Shown piece by piece: positions 29,054-39,879 of a stretch of DNA of 64,000 nt. The stretch is from NCBI GenBank assembly GCA_963764165.1, contig CAVXRD010000001.1, positions 1,440,001 to 1,504,000 of the forward strand, read 5' to 3'. The notes beneath the pieces are model-generated. The model searched no databases. It worked only from the letters and a program-made list of their open reading frames with translations, and was not told the DNA's origin. The position numbers were made by a program, and so were the translations under genes. This stretch comes from an uncultured Verrucomicrobiae bacterium. GTDB lineage: Bacteria; Verrucomicrobiota; Verrucomicrobiia; Limisphaerales; Palsa-1400. Position 1 is the stretch's first letter. Each line of letters opens with the position of its first letter.

Positions 29054-31602
29054 CGCCGCGCGTCCAGCCCCTGCCAGCGCCATATCCAGGCCTCCGGCCC
29101 TTTGCTTTCCACGACGATGAAATCGCCGTCGCGATGCGCTTGCAGCGGGATGTTGTTTTCATCGGCCAGATAGCGGGCGTCCATCAGCCCCGCCTTGACC
29201 AATGTCTCGAGCGATTCTGGCAATGCACCATAGGCGAGCCGGTAGGCGTAGACGGCGCGCCCAATGCCGAGCCGGATAAAGTGCGCTTCATTGTGATTCT
29301 TGACAGTGCGCGTGGCTTCCGGCGGGAGGGGCAGAAGCCTCAGCAATTCCACCGCAATGGGCCAGGCTTTTTCACCGTCCATCGCCCGGGCCACGAAGGA
29401 AATCTCGTGCGCGCCCGCTTTGAAATAGTTGGTGTGCAGAGAAAGGTCAAATTCCTGGTAATCCGCTGCGCGAAAATCCGCTCCAGCCAGAGCGACCTTG
29501 CCGTCCAGTTCGACGTCGCACACTCCGTAATCCGGCGCGGCTTCGGCCATCACGCGGATGGCGTAGCGTCCGTCCTTGTCCACGTCGAAGGGAATCGTCA
29601 AGCGCGCGCCGGCCTTCGCATTTGGCCAGCGCAGAATCGGGCGCGCGCCCATCATGCCGGAAAAGGACACGATTGGCTTCTCGCCGCCGGTAACCTTTGT
29701 TTCTCGAAACTTTCTGACGAGGTGCGTGGTTTGCCATGGAACGCTGCGGTCGGGGAAAGGCGGCAATTCTTCGGACGGCTTTGGTTCGCCAAGTTGATAC
29801 CAGAAAGCCACGCTGCTGATGAAGTCGGGGCGCTCGATGAAAAAGCCATTGAGATCATCATCGCAATTGCCTTTGTGCTCGAAGGCGACCTTCAGCGACT
29901 TGGAAAATCCTACGGGATCCAGCACATGCCAGCGGTAGGCAATTCCCGAGTCGCCCGCCGAATCTCCCTGCCAGCGCGGCTGCCCAAACCAGGGGCTGGT
30001 TCGCACGCGAAAACCCCATGCGTCATTGAAATAATCTTCGCTGCCCGTGCCTTGCAGGCTGGGCGCGCTTTCGCCGTCGATGTAGAAAAAATCATCGCCT
30101 TCGCCCCACCATCCGTCCTGCGCTTTTGTCACGCACATGACGGTGCCGACGTAGGACCCGCGCCCTTCCAAATCCGCCACGACGTAATCGCGTCCCATGA
30201 CGGCTGGATATTCCTGGCGATAGCGCGCGTAAAATCGAGGCGTCTCTTCCGGCAGCTTGTCCAATTCCACGTAATCCACCTGCCAGTAAAGGCCGGTGGT
30301 ACGGTTCGGATTGTCATTGCGCACGACGATGCGGGCAGACTTGGCGAATGGCATCCGCCAATAACAACTGAGCGCTCCCGTGGGCGAAACCTGCACCGGC
30401 ACGCTTTCGACCGGCGCGGGTGTGCCCTGGCCGACGGCGAAGAATTCCCCCAGCGGCGCCGCGATGCCCGGCTCTTTCGCGCCGTCCCAATAAACACGCA
30501 GCGAAAGCGCATTCAGCTCATCCACCCGTCCTGCGTGGCTGGTCATCCAGATGTGAGTAATGACACCCGGCCCTTGCAGCAGCGGCATTTCAAGAGATTT
30601 GCCGGGAGGCAGGATGGTCATGTCCATGTTGGCGTCGTGCCAGTCTGGCTGCTCGTTGCTGGAAACGCGGCGATTGCGGCCGGCGGGCAATTTTGTCAGT
30701 GCCCCGAGTGTGTCAAGCATAATAGGCGTTTGCGTTTCGGCCGCGGAAATGGGCTGGGCCCGTTTTTCGAAGTCGATCCAAACCGCGTCGTTCATGTAAT
30801 CACGGGCGTAGGCGTACGGCATTTGGCCGTCTTTGGCCTCGCCTGCCGAATTGCGGAAAATGAAGACGCCGCCGCCGGGTTGCGCCGCGTCGTCGCGATA
30901 ACCCGCCAGCAGCACGCTGTGCCCATCGAAGACCTCGCCGGGGCCGCACATTTGCAGGATGCCGCCGATCCATTTCGGGTTTTTGGGCCAGCGGAAACCC
31001 GCGGCCACGGGCCATCCCGAGACGAGTGTTTGTTTAATGGCCGCGACATGGGCATCCGTCAATCCGGTCTTGACGTCCCATTCCTTGATCCAATGCAGCC
31101 GCAGCCCGAGGCCGAGGCGGGTTTTCGCGTCGGCCGTTGCCGCGATGGGTGGAGTCAGCGTGGCATCGAATTCACGCTTGTAAGGCAAATCTTCGTCGAG
31201 GCAAATCCCATAGGCGGAAAAGCCCTTCCACATCTCCGAGAAAAAACCGCCATCCTTGCTGTTGCCACAGGCCTTGTTTGCCGCCCAATTAAGAAACTCC
31301 ACGCTGAGCCGGGGGCAATGGCCCTGTCGTTCCGCCACAGCGAATTCCAGCGCATTCCGCATGGTAAAAACCGAGCAAGTCCCGCGAGCGCCTTGTTGAC
31401 AAGGTGTCAAACCGAATTTCTCCATCACCGGCCGCACATCCGTGCTCGCCGGAAGCGGAGCAGCGGCCAAATCGTCCGGCCGCGCAGGCAGGCACAGCAG
31501 AGTGAGAAACAGGACGGCGCGCGCGGATGCATCGCGAAGGCGACCATGTCCGAAGCGGTGGAGGAAGGTCTTCGGAGCCGCCAAAAAGTTCAGCCTCGAC
31601 AT
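29050..31602 (-). CDS. Papain-like C1 peptidase fused to a DUF2961/GH172-like glycoside hydrolase
   Basis: C1 motifs QQGARGTC, GHSVLLAGY, FRNS; DUF2961 motifs GPGVITHIWMT, YWDG, MPF, GEGDD, GTGSEDYF. Confidence 0.82.
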   Translation of the reverse strand: MSRLNFLAAPKTFLHRFGHGRLRDASARAVLFLTLLCLPARPDDLAAAPLPASTDVRPVMEKFGLTPCQQGARGTCSVFTMRNALEFAVAERQGHCPRLSVEFLNWAANKACGNSKDGGFFSEMWKGFSAYGICLDEDLPYKREFDATLTPPIAATADAKTRLGLGLRLHWIKEWDVKTGLTDAHVAAIKQTLVSGWPVAAGFRWPKNPKWIGGILQMCGPGEVFDGHSVLLAGYRDDAAQPGGGVFIFRNSAGEAKDGQMPYAYARDYMNDAVWIDFEKRAQPISAAETQTPIMLDTLGALTKLPAGRNRRVSSNEQPDWHDANMDMTILPPGKSLEMPLLQGPGVITHIWMTSHAGRVDELNALSLRVYWDGAKEPGIAAPLGEFFAVGQGTPAPVESVPVQVSPTGALSCYWRMPFAKSARIVVRNDNPNRTTGLYWQVDYVELDKLPEETPRFYARYRQEYPAVMGRDYVVADLEGRGSYVGTVMCVTKAQDGWWGEGDDFFYIDGESAPSLQGTGSEDYFNDAWGFRVRTSPWFGQPRWQGDSAGDSGIAYRWHVLDPVGFSKSLKVAFEHKGNCDDDLNGFFIERPDFISSVAFWYQLGEPKPSEELPPFPDRSVPWQTTHLVRKFRETKVTGGEKPIVSFSGMMGARPILRWPNAKAGARLTIPFDVDKDGRYAIRVMAEAAPDYGVCDVELDGKVALAGADFRAADYQEFDLSLHTNYFKAGAHEISFVARAMDGEKAWPIAVELLRLLPLPPEATRTVKNHNEAHFIRLGIGRAVYAYRLAYGALPESLETLVKAGLMDARYLADENNIPLQAHRDGDFIVVESKGPEAWIWRWQGLDARR

Positions 31603-31762
31603 GAGCGGAGCTTAGCAAAGCAGCTTCACGCGGCAATACTATTGGGAAAGGGGGGTTTGCTTATTTGTCTATTTGTCAGCGCTTAAATCCGCGCGCCGCG
31701 CATTTGTCACTTTGAACTAACAGGCGTCCGCCACTGTCTGACTCTGGACGTGAAACTCACCG

Positions 31763-33058
31763 ATGATGCGCTCACTCATTAAATTTGCGGTCGCAGCGAC
31801 GTTGGCGGTGAGAGCCGCCGAGGCCAGCCAGAACGCCAACTGGCCGGGATTCCGCGGCCCGCGCGGCGACGGCGTCTCGCCGGCCACGAATGTCCCGTTA
31901 AGCTGGAGCGAGAGCAATAACGTGGCATGGAAACTCGCCGTCCCCGGGCGCGGACACTCCTCACCAATCATGCTGCGTGATCGCATTTGGTTGACAACGG
32001 CAATTGAGCGCGGCGTCAAGCCCGTCTCACTGTATGGGGAAGACATGACGAGTGCCGAACACGTGGACTTGGAAGCAGTCGGCGTCGACGCGGCTCGTGG
32101 AACCATAATCTGGCGGACGCCGCTTTTTGCAGTTGACCAACCGGCGCCGGTTCATTCCTACAACAGTTGGGCCACGCCCACTCCTGTCGTTGAGCCAGGC
32201 CGGCTTTACTGCGACTTTGGCGCCTTTGGCACCGCTTGCCTTGACACCGAAACAGGAAAGGTTCTTTGGACGGCGAAACTTCCGGTGGACCACCAATTTG
32301 GCCCCGGCAGTTCTCCCGTTCTGTGGAGCAACCTGCTCGTGCTTGTCCGCGATGGGCGCGATGCCCAATATGTCTCCGCCCTCGACACGCGAACGGGCCA
32401 GCTAGTTTGGAAAGTGGATCGCCCGCCGATGAATGCCGAAGGCGGGCATCTTAAGAAATCCTTTATTACACCTCTGATTATCAGCGGTGCAGGGCAAACG
32501 CAGTTGCTGGCGCCGTGCGCGCAATGGATGGTTTCCTACGACCCGGCGACTGGTCGGGAGTTGTGGCGCGCGCATCACGGCGAAGGCTATTCCATGGGTT
32601 CGTCACCGGTCTTCGGCGACGGGTTGGCGATTTTTAGCACGGGTTTCGAGAAGGCTCAATTCGTCGCGGCGCGGGTGGACGGCCAGGGCGATGTGACAGC
32701 GACCCATGTTGGCTGGAAGATGCTCCGGCAGGTCCCGAATATGTCGTCGCCCGTGCTCGTCGGAGACGAAATTTATTGGGTATCCGACTCAGGAATGGCT
32801 TCGTGCGGCGATGTGCGAACCGGCCAGGTTTACTGGCAGGAACGGCTGGGTGGCCTGCACCTTGCGTCGCTGCTTTATGCCGAGGGCCGGGTGTACTATT
32901 TCGCGCAGGATGGACGAGCAACTGTGGTGAAAGCGGGAAAGCAGTTTGAGAAGCTAGCCGAGAGCAGAGTCGCGGGGCCATTGGTGGCCACTCCGGCCTT
33001 CGTGGACGGAGCCATCTTGCTGCGGACGGACGGAGGACTTTACAGGATTGGAAAATAG
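31763..33058 (+). CDS. Secreted PQQ-binding-like beta-propeller protein
   Basis: Signal peptide, NWPGFRGPRGDG, WK..VPGRGHSSP, repeated D..TG...W. Confidence 0.88.
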   Translation: MMRSLIKFAVAATLAVRAAEASQNANWPGFRGPRGDGVSPATNVPLSWSESNNVAWKLAVPGRGHSSPIMLRDRIWLTTAIERGVKPVSLYGEDMTSAEHVDLEAVGVDAARGTIIWRTPLFAVDQPAPVHSYNSWATPTPVVEPGRLYCDFGAFGTACLDTETGKVLWTAKLPVDHQFGPGSSPVLWSNLLVLVRDGRDAQYVSALDTRTGQLVWKVDRPPMNAEGGHLKKSFITPLIISGAGQTQLLAPCAQWMVSYDPATGRELWRAHHGEGYSMGSSPVFGDGLAIFSTGFEKAQFVAARVDGQGDVTATHVGWKMLRQVPNMSSPVLVGDEIYWVSDSGMASCGDVRTGQVYWQERLGGLHLASLLYAEGRVYYFAQDGRATVVKAGKQFEKLAESRVAGPLVATPAFVDGAILLRTDGGLYRIGK

Positions 33059-33087
33059 CAAAATTCAGCGCAATCCATTCTCAGGAC

Positions 33088-36000
33088 TCAAGCCTCGTCA
33101 GGCTTTTTGACGCCGAATTTTCCGTAGCGCAAGGCGAGCGTTGGCAAAATGAGCAGGTTAAGCGTCGTCGAGGTAATCAGTCCTCCCAGGATGACCAGAG
33201 CCATTGGCCCTTCAATTTCCTGGCCGGCCTCTCCGGTGCCCATTGCCAAAGGCAGCAAGCCCATTGCCGTCACCAGCGCGGTCATGAGGATGGGAACGAC
33301 CCGCTCGGAGGCTCCGCGAATTGCGGCGGCCATGCCCCAGGTCACGCCCTCAACGATGACCAAGTGCTCAAAGTGCGAAACCATCATGATGGAATTGCGC
33401 ATCGTGATGCCAAAGAGCGTCACGAAGCCGACAAGAGAACCAATCGTCATGGCGCTGTCCCCCGCCGAACCGAATTTCCCGCTGGCCCACATGGCGAGGA
33501 TGCCCCCTACCAACGCAAACGGAACATTTGCCAGCACCAGCAAAAGATTGCTCCAAGTCCGCGCCACGACAATCAGCAGAAGAAGTATCCCGGCAGCCGC
33601 CATGCAGGAGTGGATGAGCAATTCTTTGCGCGCTTGGGCGGCCGCCTCGGCGTCTCCGCCAAAGACCGCGTAAATTCCTTTGGGAAACTTGACGCGAGCC
33701 GATACTTCGCGTTCCGCGCTGCTCACGAATGAGCCAATGTTGGCTTCCTTGGAGGGCGTGCATGTCACCACCTGCCGCCGGCTTGCGCCATCATGCAGGA
33801 TGGAATAGCGGCCTGTAGTCAAATAAATGTCGGCCAGATCCCGCAACGGAATGACGGTGCCGGCTGGATTTTTCACCATCAGCGCGCCAATTTGCTCCGG
33901 CTCCTTTCGCCACGAAGGATCCAGGATCACGTTGACATCCGTGACTCTGCTGCCTTGGTGGATTTGAGCGGCGACGGTGCCCTGGTAGGCAGTCTGGACC
34001 GCGTCCAGAACTTCGGCGGGCCGAAAGCCCAGTTGCGTCAGCCGGTCCATCCGCAGCCGAATTGCCATGCGAGGCGCCCCGGGCGGGGATTTCACTTGCG
34101 CATCCTTTCCTCCGGGAATGCTCTGGAGAACGGCGGCGACTTCCTTGGCTTTGTCGTCGATCAGGTCGAGGTCGTCGCCGTAAATATTGACCACCACCGG
34201 GGCTGATTCGCCCGTTATCGTTTCACTGATGCGGTCGCCCAGAAAGGTCACGACCTCGCCTTGGATTCCGGGAAAGCCATCGATCATATCGTGCAGGCTG
34301 TCCATTAATTTCGCCTGCGCCAGGCCGGGAATGTTTTCCTTTAATTCAACATGAAATTCGCAACGATTGGGCTCCCAGGTATCTTCACCCTGCTCGGCGC
34401 GGCCCATTTGGACTTCGACGGTGGCGACCTCTGGCTTGGCCAGAACCAGCCGGGTGATTTCCGCGGTCAACCGCCGCATTTCAGGCAATGAAGTGCCGGG
34501 CACAGCCTGAACCTGCAAAACAAAATGGCCTTCGCGGAAGTCCGGCAGCATCTGGTCGCCAGGGCCTTTCAGCAAAAAAAGCGAGCCAACGCAGAGCAGG
34601 AGGCCGCCAGCCAATAAAATTTCCGGCCCGCGGGCGACGAACTCGAGAGTCTTCCCGTAGGCCAATTTGATCCAGCGTTGAAGGGCCGGCTCGGCATGGT
34701 TTTTCACTCCTTTCGAAAAAAACAAAAGGCAGAGCGCGGGAGTGAGAGTAAGCGCCACTCCCAATGAAGCCATGATCGCCAAAATATAGCTCAGGGCCAG
34801 GGGCGCAAAGAAGCTGCCCTGAAGGCCGGTCAGGGTCAGCACCGGCACGAACACCAACGCGACGATGAACGTCGCATAGACGACGGCGGTGCGGACTTCC
34901 AGGGAGGCGTCCAAGGTCACTTGAAACGATGAGCGCGGGTGGCCCAGCGCCTGATTCTCACGCAGGCGCCGGAAAATATTTTCGACGTCGATGATGGCAT
35001 CGTCGACGACCGCGCCAATGGCGATGGCAAGCCCGCCGACCGTGATCGTGTTCAGCGTAATTCCAAACTTATCCAGAACGATGATCGCGGTGAGCAATGA
35101 CAGCGGGATGGCTGTCAACGAGATGAATGCCGTCCGGAAGTGGCCGAGAAACAAAAAGAGAACGACCGCCACCAGGGCCGCGCCCAAGTAGAGGGAATGA
35201 TTGATATTGTGCAACGAATTCTCGATGAACGTCGCCGGCCGGTGCAGTCTCGGGTAAACTTTTATCTGTTCCCTGTCAAATAGAGGCTGCATGTCTTTTA
35301 AGGCAGCTTCCACCGCCAGCGTGGCCTCCATGGTGTTGGCCCCATATTGACTGCCCAGCGAGAGAAAAATGCCGGGCTGGCCTTGAATGAGCGTATCGCC
35401 GAATTTCGGCGCGCCTGCCTCGACGACGTTTGCGATTTCTCTCAGCCGCACGCTCTGTCCATGACTTTGCGCGACAACGACGTTTCCCAAGGTATCAGGC
35501 GTCAAGGCCGGATCCTCGGGCTGGATGAGGATTCTCTGGTTGGCATTCTCAACAAAGCCCGCTCCCACGACCTCTGTGGATTCGCGCGCCGCAGTGATGA
35601 CGTCATTAAGCGAAAGGCCAAACGCCATAAGCCGGTCTGGCTGAATTTGGACCTGCAACTGCCTGACGTCTCCGCCGAAAACGATGCAGCGAGCCACGCC
35701 CGGGATGGACAGCAACCGGGGTTTGACTTCCCAATCCGCCAGCGAGCGAAGGTCCATCGGCGAAAGATTGGTGGAAACCAGCCCGATTTTTAAGAGGTCC
35801 ATGGTGGACGAAGTAAGCGGCGACATCACCGGCCGCTTCACGCTGGCGGGCAATTCCCCCGCTGTTTCAACCAGGCGTTCATTGAGCATCTGGCGGGCAA
35901 TGAAGATGTCCGTTCCGTCCTTGAACACGGCGGTGATGGTGGATAATCCCGAGATGGATTCCGACCGCAGCGAGGCCATGTTTCCCAGGCCGTTGATTGA

Positions 36001-36213
36001 GTTTTCAATGGGCTTGGTCACGAGCACTTCGACCTGCTCCGGGGAAAGGCCCGGCGCTTCCGTTTCAACGCTTACCTCGGGAGGCACGAAATTGGGGAGG
36101 ACATCGAGTTTGGCATGAGAGGCTACATAGAGGCCGTAACCGGTCAGGATGCACGCCAAAGCCGTGACCACACCACGAAAGCGCAGTGAAAAGTGAACGA
36201 TCCAATTTAGCAT
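33088..36213 (-). CDS. CusA/CzcA-type RND efflux permease
   Basis: TEAPGLSPEQVE, GGLAIAIGAVVDDAIIDVENIFRRL, ERVVPILMTAL, PMALVILGGL. Confidence 0.93.
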   Translation of the reverse strand: MLNWIVHFSLRFRGVVTALACILTGYGLYVASHAKLDVLPNFVPPEVSVETEAPGLSPEQVEVLVTKPIENSINGLGNMASLRSESISGLSTITAVFKDGTDIFIARQMLNERLVETAGELPASVKRPVMSPLTSSTMDLLKIGLVSTNLSPMDLRSLADWEVKPRLLSIPGVARCIVFGGDVRQLQVQIQPDRLMAFGLSLNDVITAARESTEVVGAGFVENANQRILIQPEDPALTPDTLGNVVVAQSHGQSVRLREIANVVEAGAPKFGDTLIQGQPGIFLSLGSQYGANTMEATLAVEAALKDMQPLFDREQIKVYPRLHRPATFIENSLHNINHSLYLGAALVAVVLFLFLGHFRTAFISLTAIPLSLLTAIIVLDKFGITLNTITVGGLAIAIGAVVDDAIIDVENIFRRLRENQALGHPRSSFQVTLDASLEVRTAVVYATFIVALVFVPVLTLTGLQGSFFAPLALSYILAIMASLGVALTLTPALCLLFFSKGVKNHAEPALQRWIKLAYGKTLEFVARGPEILLAGGLLLCVGSLFLLKGPGDQMLPDFREGHFVLQVQAVPGTSLPEMRRLTAEITRLVLAKPEVATVEVQMGRAEQGEDTWEPNRCEFHVELKENIPGLAQAKLMDSLHDMIDGFPGIQGEVVTFLGDRISETITGESAPVVVNIYGDDLDLIDDKAKEVAAVLQSIPGGKDAQVKSPPGAPRMAIRLRMDRLTQLGFRPAEVLDAVQTAYQGTVAAQIHQGSRVTDVNVILDPSWRKEPEQIGALMVKNPAGTVIPLRDLADIYLTTGRYSILHDGASRRQVVTCTPSKEANIGSFVSSAEREVSARVKFPKGIYAVFGGDAEAAAQARKELLIHSCMAAAGILLLLIVVARTWSNLLLVLANVPFALVGGILAMWASGKFGSAGDSAMTIGSLVGFVTLFGITMRNSIMMVSHFEHLVIVEGVTWGMAAAIRGASERVVPILMTALVTAMGLLPLAMGTGEAGQEIEGPMALVILGGLITSTTLNLLILPTLALRYGKFGVKKPDEA

Positions 36214-36283
36214 GGGACGGGCCTGTTTTTGGCTCGGCGCAGGAGGCAATGCCGTGATCGCATCATATCTTTTTCCAACGCAT

Positions 36284-37285
36284 TTAGTCGGGAGACATCG
36301 CGGCTTTGAGCTCCTGGGACAAGAGCATCTGCGCCCCGGTGACAACGATGTAATCCTCCGGCTTGACCGTTCCTGTCACGAACCAGCCGTTCTCCGTTGG
36401 CCGATCCAGCGGGATTGTTGTGCGTGTGAAAGCCTCGCCGCCCTTGTCTTTGTTCATGAGGTAAATCCAGCCCGAACCCTCGAAACGCACCACTGAATCG
36501 CGCGGGATGATCACGCCGGGGATTGCCTCCCCTGGTCTAGGCAGCCAAGCCGTTACCGCCGTTCCCGGGGACAACGCGGGGTCACTGGGTTGGACAAGAA
36601 AGATAAGCCCTTGTCCCTGGGTTTGCGGATCAACATCCGTCGCCGGAGCGACAAAGCTCGCTTTTAAAGTTTTGTCCGACAGGGTGACTAATCGGGCGCT
36701 GGCGGGAGGAGGATCAAGGACATCACCGGCCAATAAATCCACGCGAACCAGAGCGGCCTGCCGCGCAGCGAGCGACTTTGCAAATTCCGGCAAATCCGCC
36801 CGCTCGGCAATGGCTTTGCCCCAAACCAGTGTCAGTTTGTCGCGCAAGGCAGCGACTGCAAGTTGATCATGCTGGGCGGCGGCTTCGGCGGTTTGCAAGG
36901 CGCGCACGGATGTGTTGGTTTGCCCGTTGAGCATCTTTTGCCGTTCCCACTCCAGCTCGCTTGCGTGGGAGGCCGCTCTGGCCGAAACCAGCTCATTGAC
37001 CACTTCGGAAAGGGCCGCCGGATCCATGGTTCGGCCATAGCCTTTGGTTTCAGGGCTCCATTGCCCCGCCGTTGGGTTGGCAAACACAATGCCCGCGTCG
37101 CCCTGGTCCTCGTCGCTCATCGTGATCACGGTATTCCCATGTTCGTCGTGGGTGACTTTGGTCCCTTCTTCATCGGGCGGCTTCGCCGCGGCGGGCTCGG
37201 GTGCGACAGTGTGGATTGAATGCCACCACATCCCGCAGCCAAAGGCTGCCGCGAGGGCGGAAATGAAAAGTATGGTTCGCTTCAC
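36284..37285 (-). CDS. RND membrane fusion protein
   Basis: N-terminal anchor, coiled coil, VDPQTQ, IPRDSVV, VVTGAQMLLSQE; lies between the TolC and RND genes. Confidence 0.85.
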   Translation of the reverse strand: MKRTILFISALAAAFGCGMWWHSIHTVAPEPAAAKPPDEEGTKVTHDEHGNTVITMSDEDQGDAGIVFANPTAGQWSPETKGYGRTMDPAALSEVVNELVSARAASHASELEWERQKMLNGQTNTSVRALQTAEAAAQHDQLAVAALRDKLTLVWGKAIAERADLPEFAKSLAARQAALVRVDLLAGDVLDPPPASARLVTLSDKTLKASFVAPATDVDPQTQGQGLIFLVQPSDPALSPGTAVTAWLPRPGEAIPGVIIPRDSVVRFEGSGWIYLMNKDKGGEAFTRTTIPLDRPTENGWFVTGTVKPEDYIVVTGAQMLLSQELKAAMSPD

Positions 37286-38709
37286 GGCATTTTCCTTTGC
37301 ATGGATTCCGGACTGGTTGCGGCGACCGCCGATGTTATTAAGCCGATGGGGCGCTGCAGGGCGTCCTCAATGGCGGCCAGCGCCTGTTGCTGTTTGATGC
37401 GCGCCTCCAGCAAACCGATCTCCGCCAGCGCGTACTCCAGTTTAGCGGTTAACAGCTCCAATGGGCTCGCCGCTCCCGCTTGAACCTGGCCGGCCACCGC
37501 GTCACGAGCCCGTGCTTGAGTTTCAGCCAGCTCTTTGATCATGGTCAGATTGGTTTCTGTCGCATGGTAGCTTGAGACCGCACTGTCAATTCCGGCTAGC
37601 ACCTTGGCTTGAAGCGCCTTGAAACGCGCGGCCGCCTGCGCGCGCTTTGCTTTGGCTTCAGCGATTGGCCCCTGGTTCCGATTCAAGATGGGCAATTCCA
37701 TTGACAAGGCGAGCGACCAGACATTGTCGCCTTGATTCCAGTTGTAATTCGGCCCGAAGTGGAGGTCTGGATATTGCCGGGCAATTTCGAGGCGCAAGGC
37801 GGACTCGGCAGCCGCGTAATCCGCCAACGCCGACAAAATGTCCGCGCGGCCGAGCAACGCATTCCGCCGCGCCTCCTTCGCCGTCAATTCCGCCAGATTT
37901 GTTTCGCCGAAGACTGGCGAGATCCGGATGTTTTCCAACGCCTCCAGCGGCAGCCCGAGCGATTCCGCAAGCTGAGCCCGGGCTTCAGTTTTTTGACGTT
38001 GCGCGTCCGCCAAGTCCAGCCGGGCTCTTTGCAGCGCAATGCGAAAAGTCACGATTTCTGAGGGAGTCGCCGCGCCAGCCTGCACCTGTTTTTCCATCAG
38101 TTGGACAACTTGTTCCTGGGCCTCAATCTGCTTTTGCAAGAGAAGCTGGCGTTGCTGGGCTGCGTCGATATTCAACAGGCTGCCGCGCACTTTGCCGCGG
38201 ATATCCCACGCTGTTGCGATAATGTCCAAGCGGGCCGCTTCAGAAACGTTTTGCGCCTGCGCGATTCGCTTCGACCGCTTTCCTGCCGTCTCGATGGGCA
38301 CGTCCAGCGATACCGTAGGCAGCCATGGGCTCAGGCCGGGTTGAGCGTTAACGTGGCTGAAATTATACGCCGGAGAGACACTCAGGGTTGGGTTGATCCG
38401 CCCGCCCGCGGTCGCGATGCCAGCCTGCGCGACACCCCACGCGGCGCGCGCCACGTCCAAATCAGGATGATAATAAAACGCGACCAGTGTGAGCTTCTCA
38501 AAATCCCATTCCGGCAATGGCCATGCCGCCATATTGGTCTGGAGGCATTTTTCGAGGAAAGCTTTCGTCGCGGCGCTGTCAAGAGAACGCGATTCGAGTT
38601 CCTCGGCCGTCTGCCGGGGCAAAACGGGATTGGCCTCGTAATGGGCGCAGCCGGAGACGAGCGCGGCCAGAATAAGGACGGAAACGATCCTGTGGAGAAT
38701 CTGCTGCAA
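37282..38709 (-). CDS. TolC-family outer membrane efflux lipoprotein
   Basis: Lipobox LVSGC, NPTL, PIETAGKR, LPILNRNQGPI. Confidence 0.9.
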   Translation of the reverse strand: MQQILHRIVSVLILAALVSGCAHYEANPVLPRQTAEELESRSLDSAATKAFLEKCLQTNMAAWPLPEWDFEKLTLVAFYYHPDLDVARAAWGVAQAGIATAGGRINPTLSVSPAYNFSHVNAQPGLSPWLPTVSLDVPIETAGKRSKRIAQAQNVSEAARLDIIATAWDIRGKVRGSLLNIDAAQQRQLLLQKQIEAQEQVVQLMEKQVQAGAATPSEIVTFRIALQRARLDLADAQRQKTEARAQLAESLGLPLEALENIRISPVFGETNLAELTAKEARRNALLGRADILSALADYAAAESALRLEIARQYPDLHFGPNYNWNQGDNVWSLALSMELPILNRNQGPIAEAKAKRAQAAARFKALQAKVLAGIDSAVSSYHATETNLTMIKELAETQARARDAVAGQVQAGAASPLELLTAKLEYALAEIGLLEARIKQQQALAAIEDALQRPIGLITSAVAATSPESMQRKMP

Positions 38710-38724
38710 AAAGCAGGCCTTTGG

Positions 38725-39729
38725 CTATTCCATTCCGTATGCCAATACCTTGAAGTTATTAGGCGGCCCGTTGCGCTGGCCAACGGCGAGGTAAATCCGG
38801 TGCGTCTTGGGATCGACGGTCATCGTCCGGGCGCCAATTTCAGTCTTCAGCGTCTGAATTACCGTTAGCTTGCCAGGTGAGTCTTCATGGGCGATTGTCA
38901 CGGTTCCAGCTTTCCCACATGATGCAAAGGCCAATAGTGTGCCCGGATCAAAGGCATTGGCGTCCACTCCTGCTCCAATCGGCACAGTTGTGATGACCTT
39001 TCCGGTTGTGCTGTCCATCATGGCCATCACATTGTTGTCCCCGCACCCAATGAAGAGGCGGTGGTTTTTAAGGTCAATGGCCTGCCCGGAAGGTCCTTCG
39101 CCTCCCGTAATGGGCCAGGTGTTCACCACCGCATGGTTTTTGGTGTCAATAACGACAACGGCATTCTTGTCTTCCAGATTATCAAACACACGCCCGGCAT
39201 CCGGATCTGCAGTTCCAAATTCTGGTTTGCCGCCCAAGGGAATAGTCGCCACGACCTTGGCGTTTTTGACGTCGATCACGGTCGCCGAACCGCTCCTTCC
39301 GTTGAATAAATAAACCTCATGCTGGCCGGGTTCGTAGAGCATTCCATCTGGATTCTGCCCGGTTTCCAGCTTGGTGATCGTCTCCAATGTCTTCAAATCC
39401 ACAATGCTCGCCTTATTTTCCCCGCCGTTGCTGGCGACCCCGCGGCCAAGATCGGGCGCCGGAGCAAACCCATGGACTCGGGGAGTGTTGGAGATTTTGC
39501 CCACGATTGTGTTGGCATCAATGTCAATGACCACCACTTCAGTTCCATGGCTGACAAACAGCCGGCGGTCGGGGGCATCCACCGACAAATAGTCCCAACT
39601 GGATGGATCGCCCACCTGAATTTCTTTGAGAAGTTTGTATTGGGTTTCGGCGGCGCGCATCGGATTGGATGTCGCCAGCACGGACACCACAGCAACAGGA
39701 ATCAGGGCTCGTATGAAGTTCATGGGCAT
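38725..39729 (-). CDS. YncE/YVTN beta-propeller secreted protein
   Basis: WDYLSVD, VVVID repeats, GARTMTVDPKTHRIYL; signal peptide; first gene of the RND operon. Confidence 0.85.
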   Translation of the reverse strand: MPMNFIRALIPVAVVSVLATSNPMRAAETQYKLLKEIQVGDPSSWDYLSVDAPDRRLFVSHGTEVVVIDIDANTIVGKISNTPRVHGFAPAPDLGRGVASNGGENKASIVDLKTLETITKLETGQNPDGMLYEPGQHEVYLFNGRSGSATVIDVKNAKVVATIPLGGKPEFGTADPDAGRVFDNLEDKNAVVVIDTKNHAVVNTWPITGGEGPSGQAIDLKNHRLFIGCGDNNVMAMMDSTTGKVITTVPIGAGVDANAFDPGTLLAFASCGKAGTVTIAHEDSPGKLTVIQTLKTEIGARTMTVDPKTHRIYLAVGQRNGPPNNFKVLAYGME

Positions 39730-39879
39730 ATTTGATTTAATTCGCTGCAACATGTAACACGCAAACGAAACTATCACGCCGGGAAACGGGATGGAAGCGC
39801 CCATTTTTGGGATCAGACGACGGTCGGAATGTTTGCTGCCGGAATCTGGGGGCGCTCATTGGCGAGGCTGTTCGAGGCG

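Noticed and set aside
28957..31686. 909-aa ORF on the plus strand
   Set aside because: Antisense shadow of the papain/DUF2961 gene; no recognisable motifs, as expected in GC-rich DNA.
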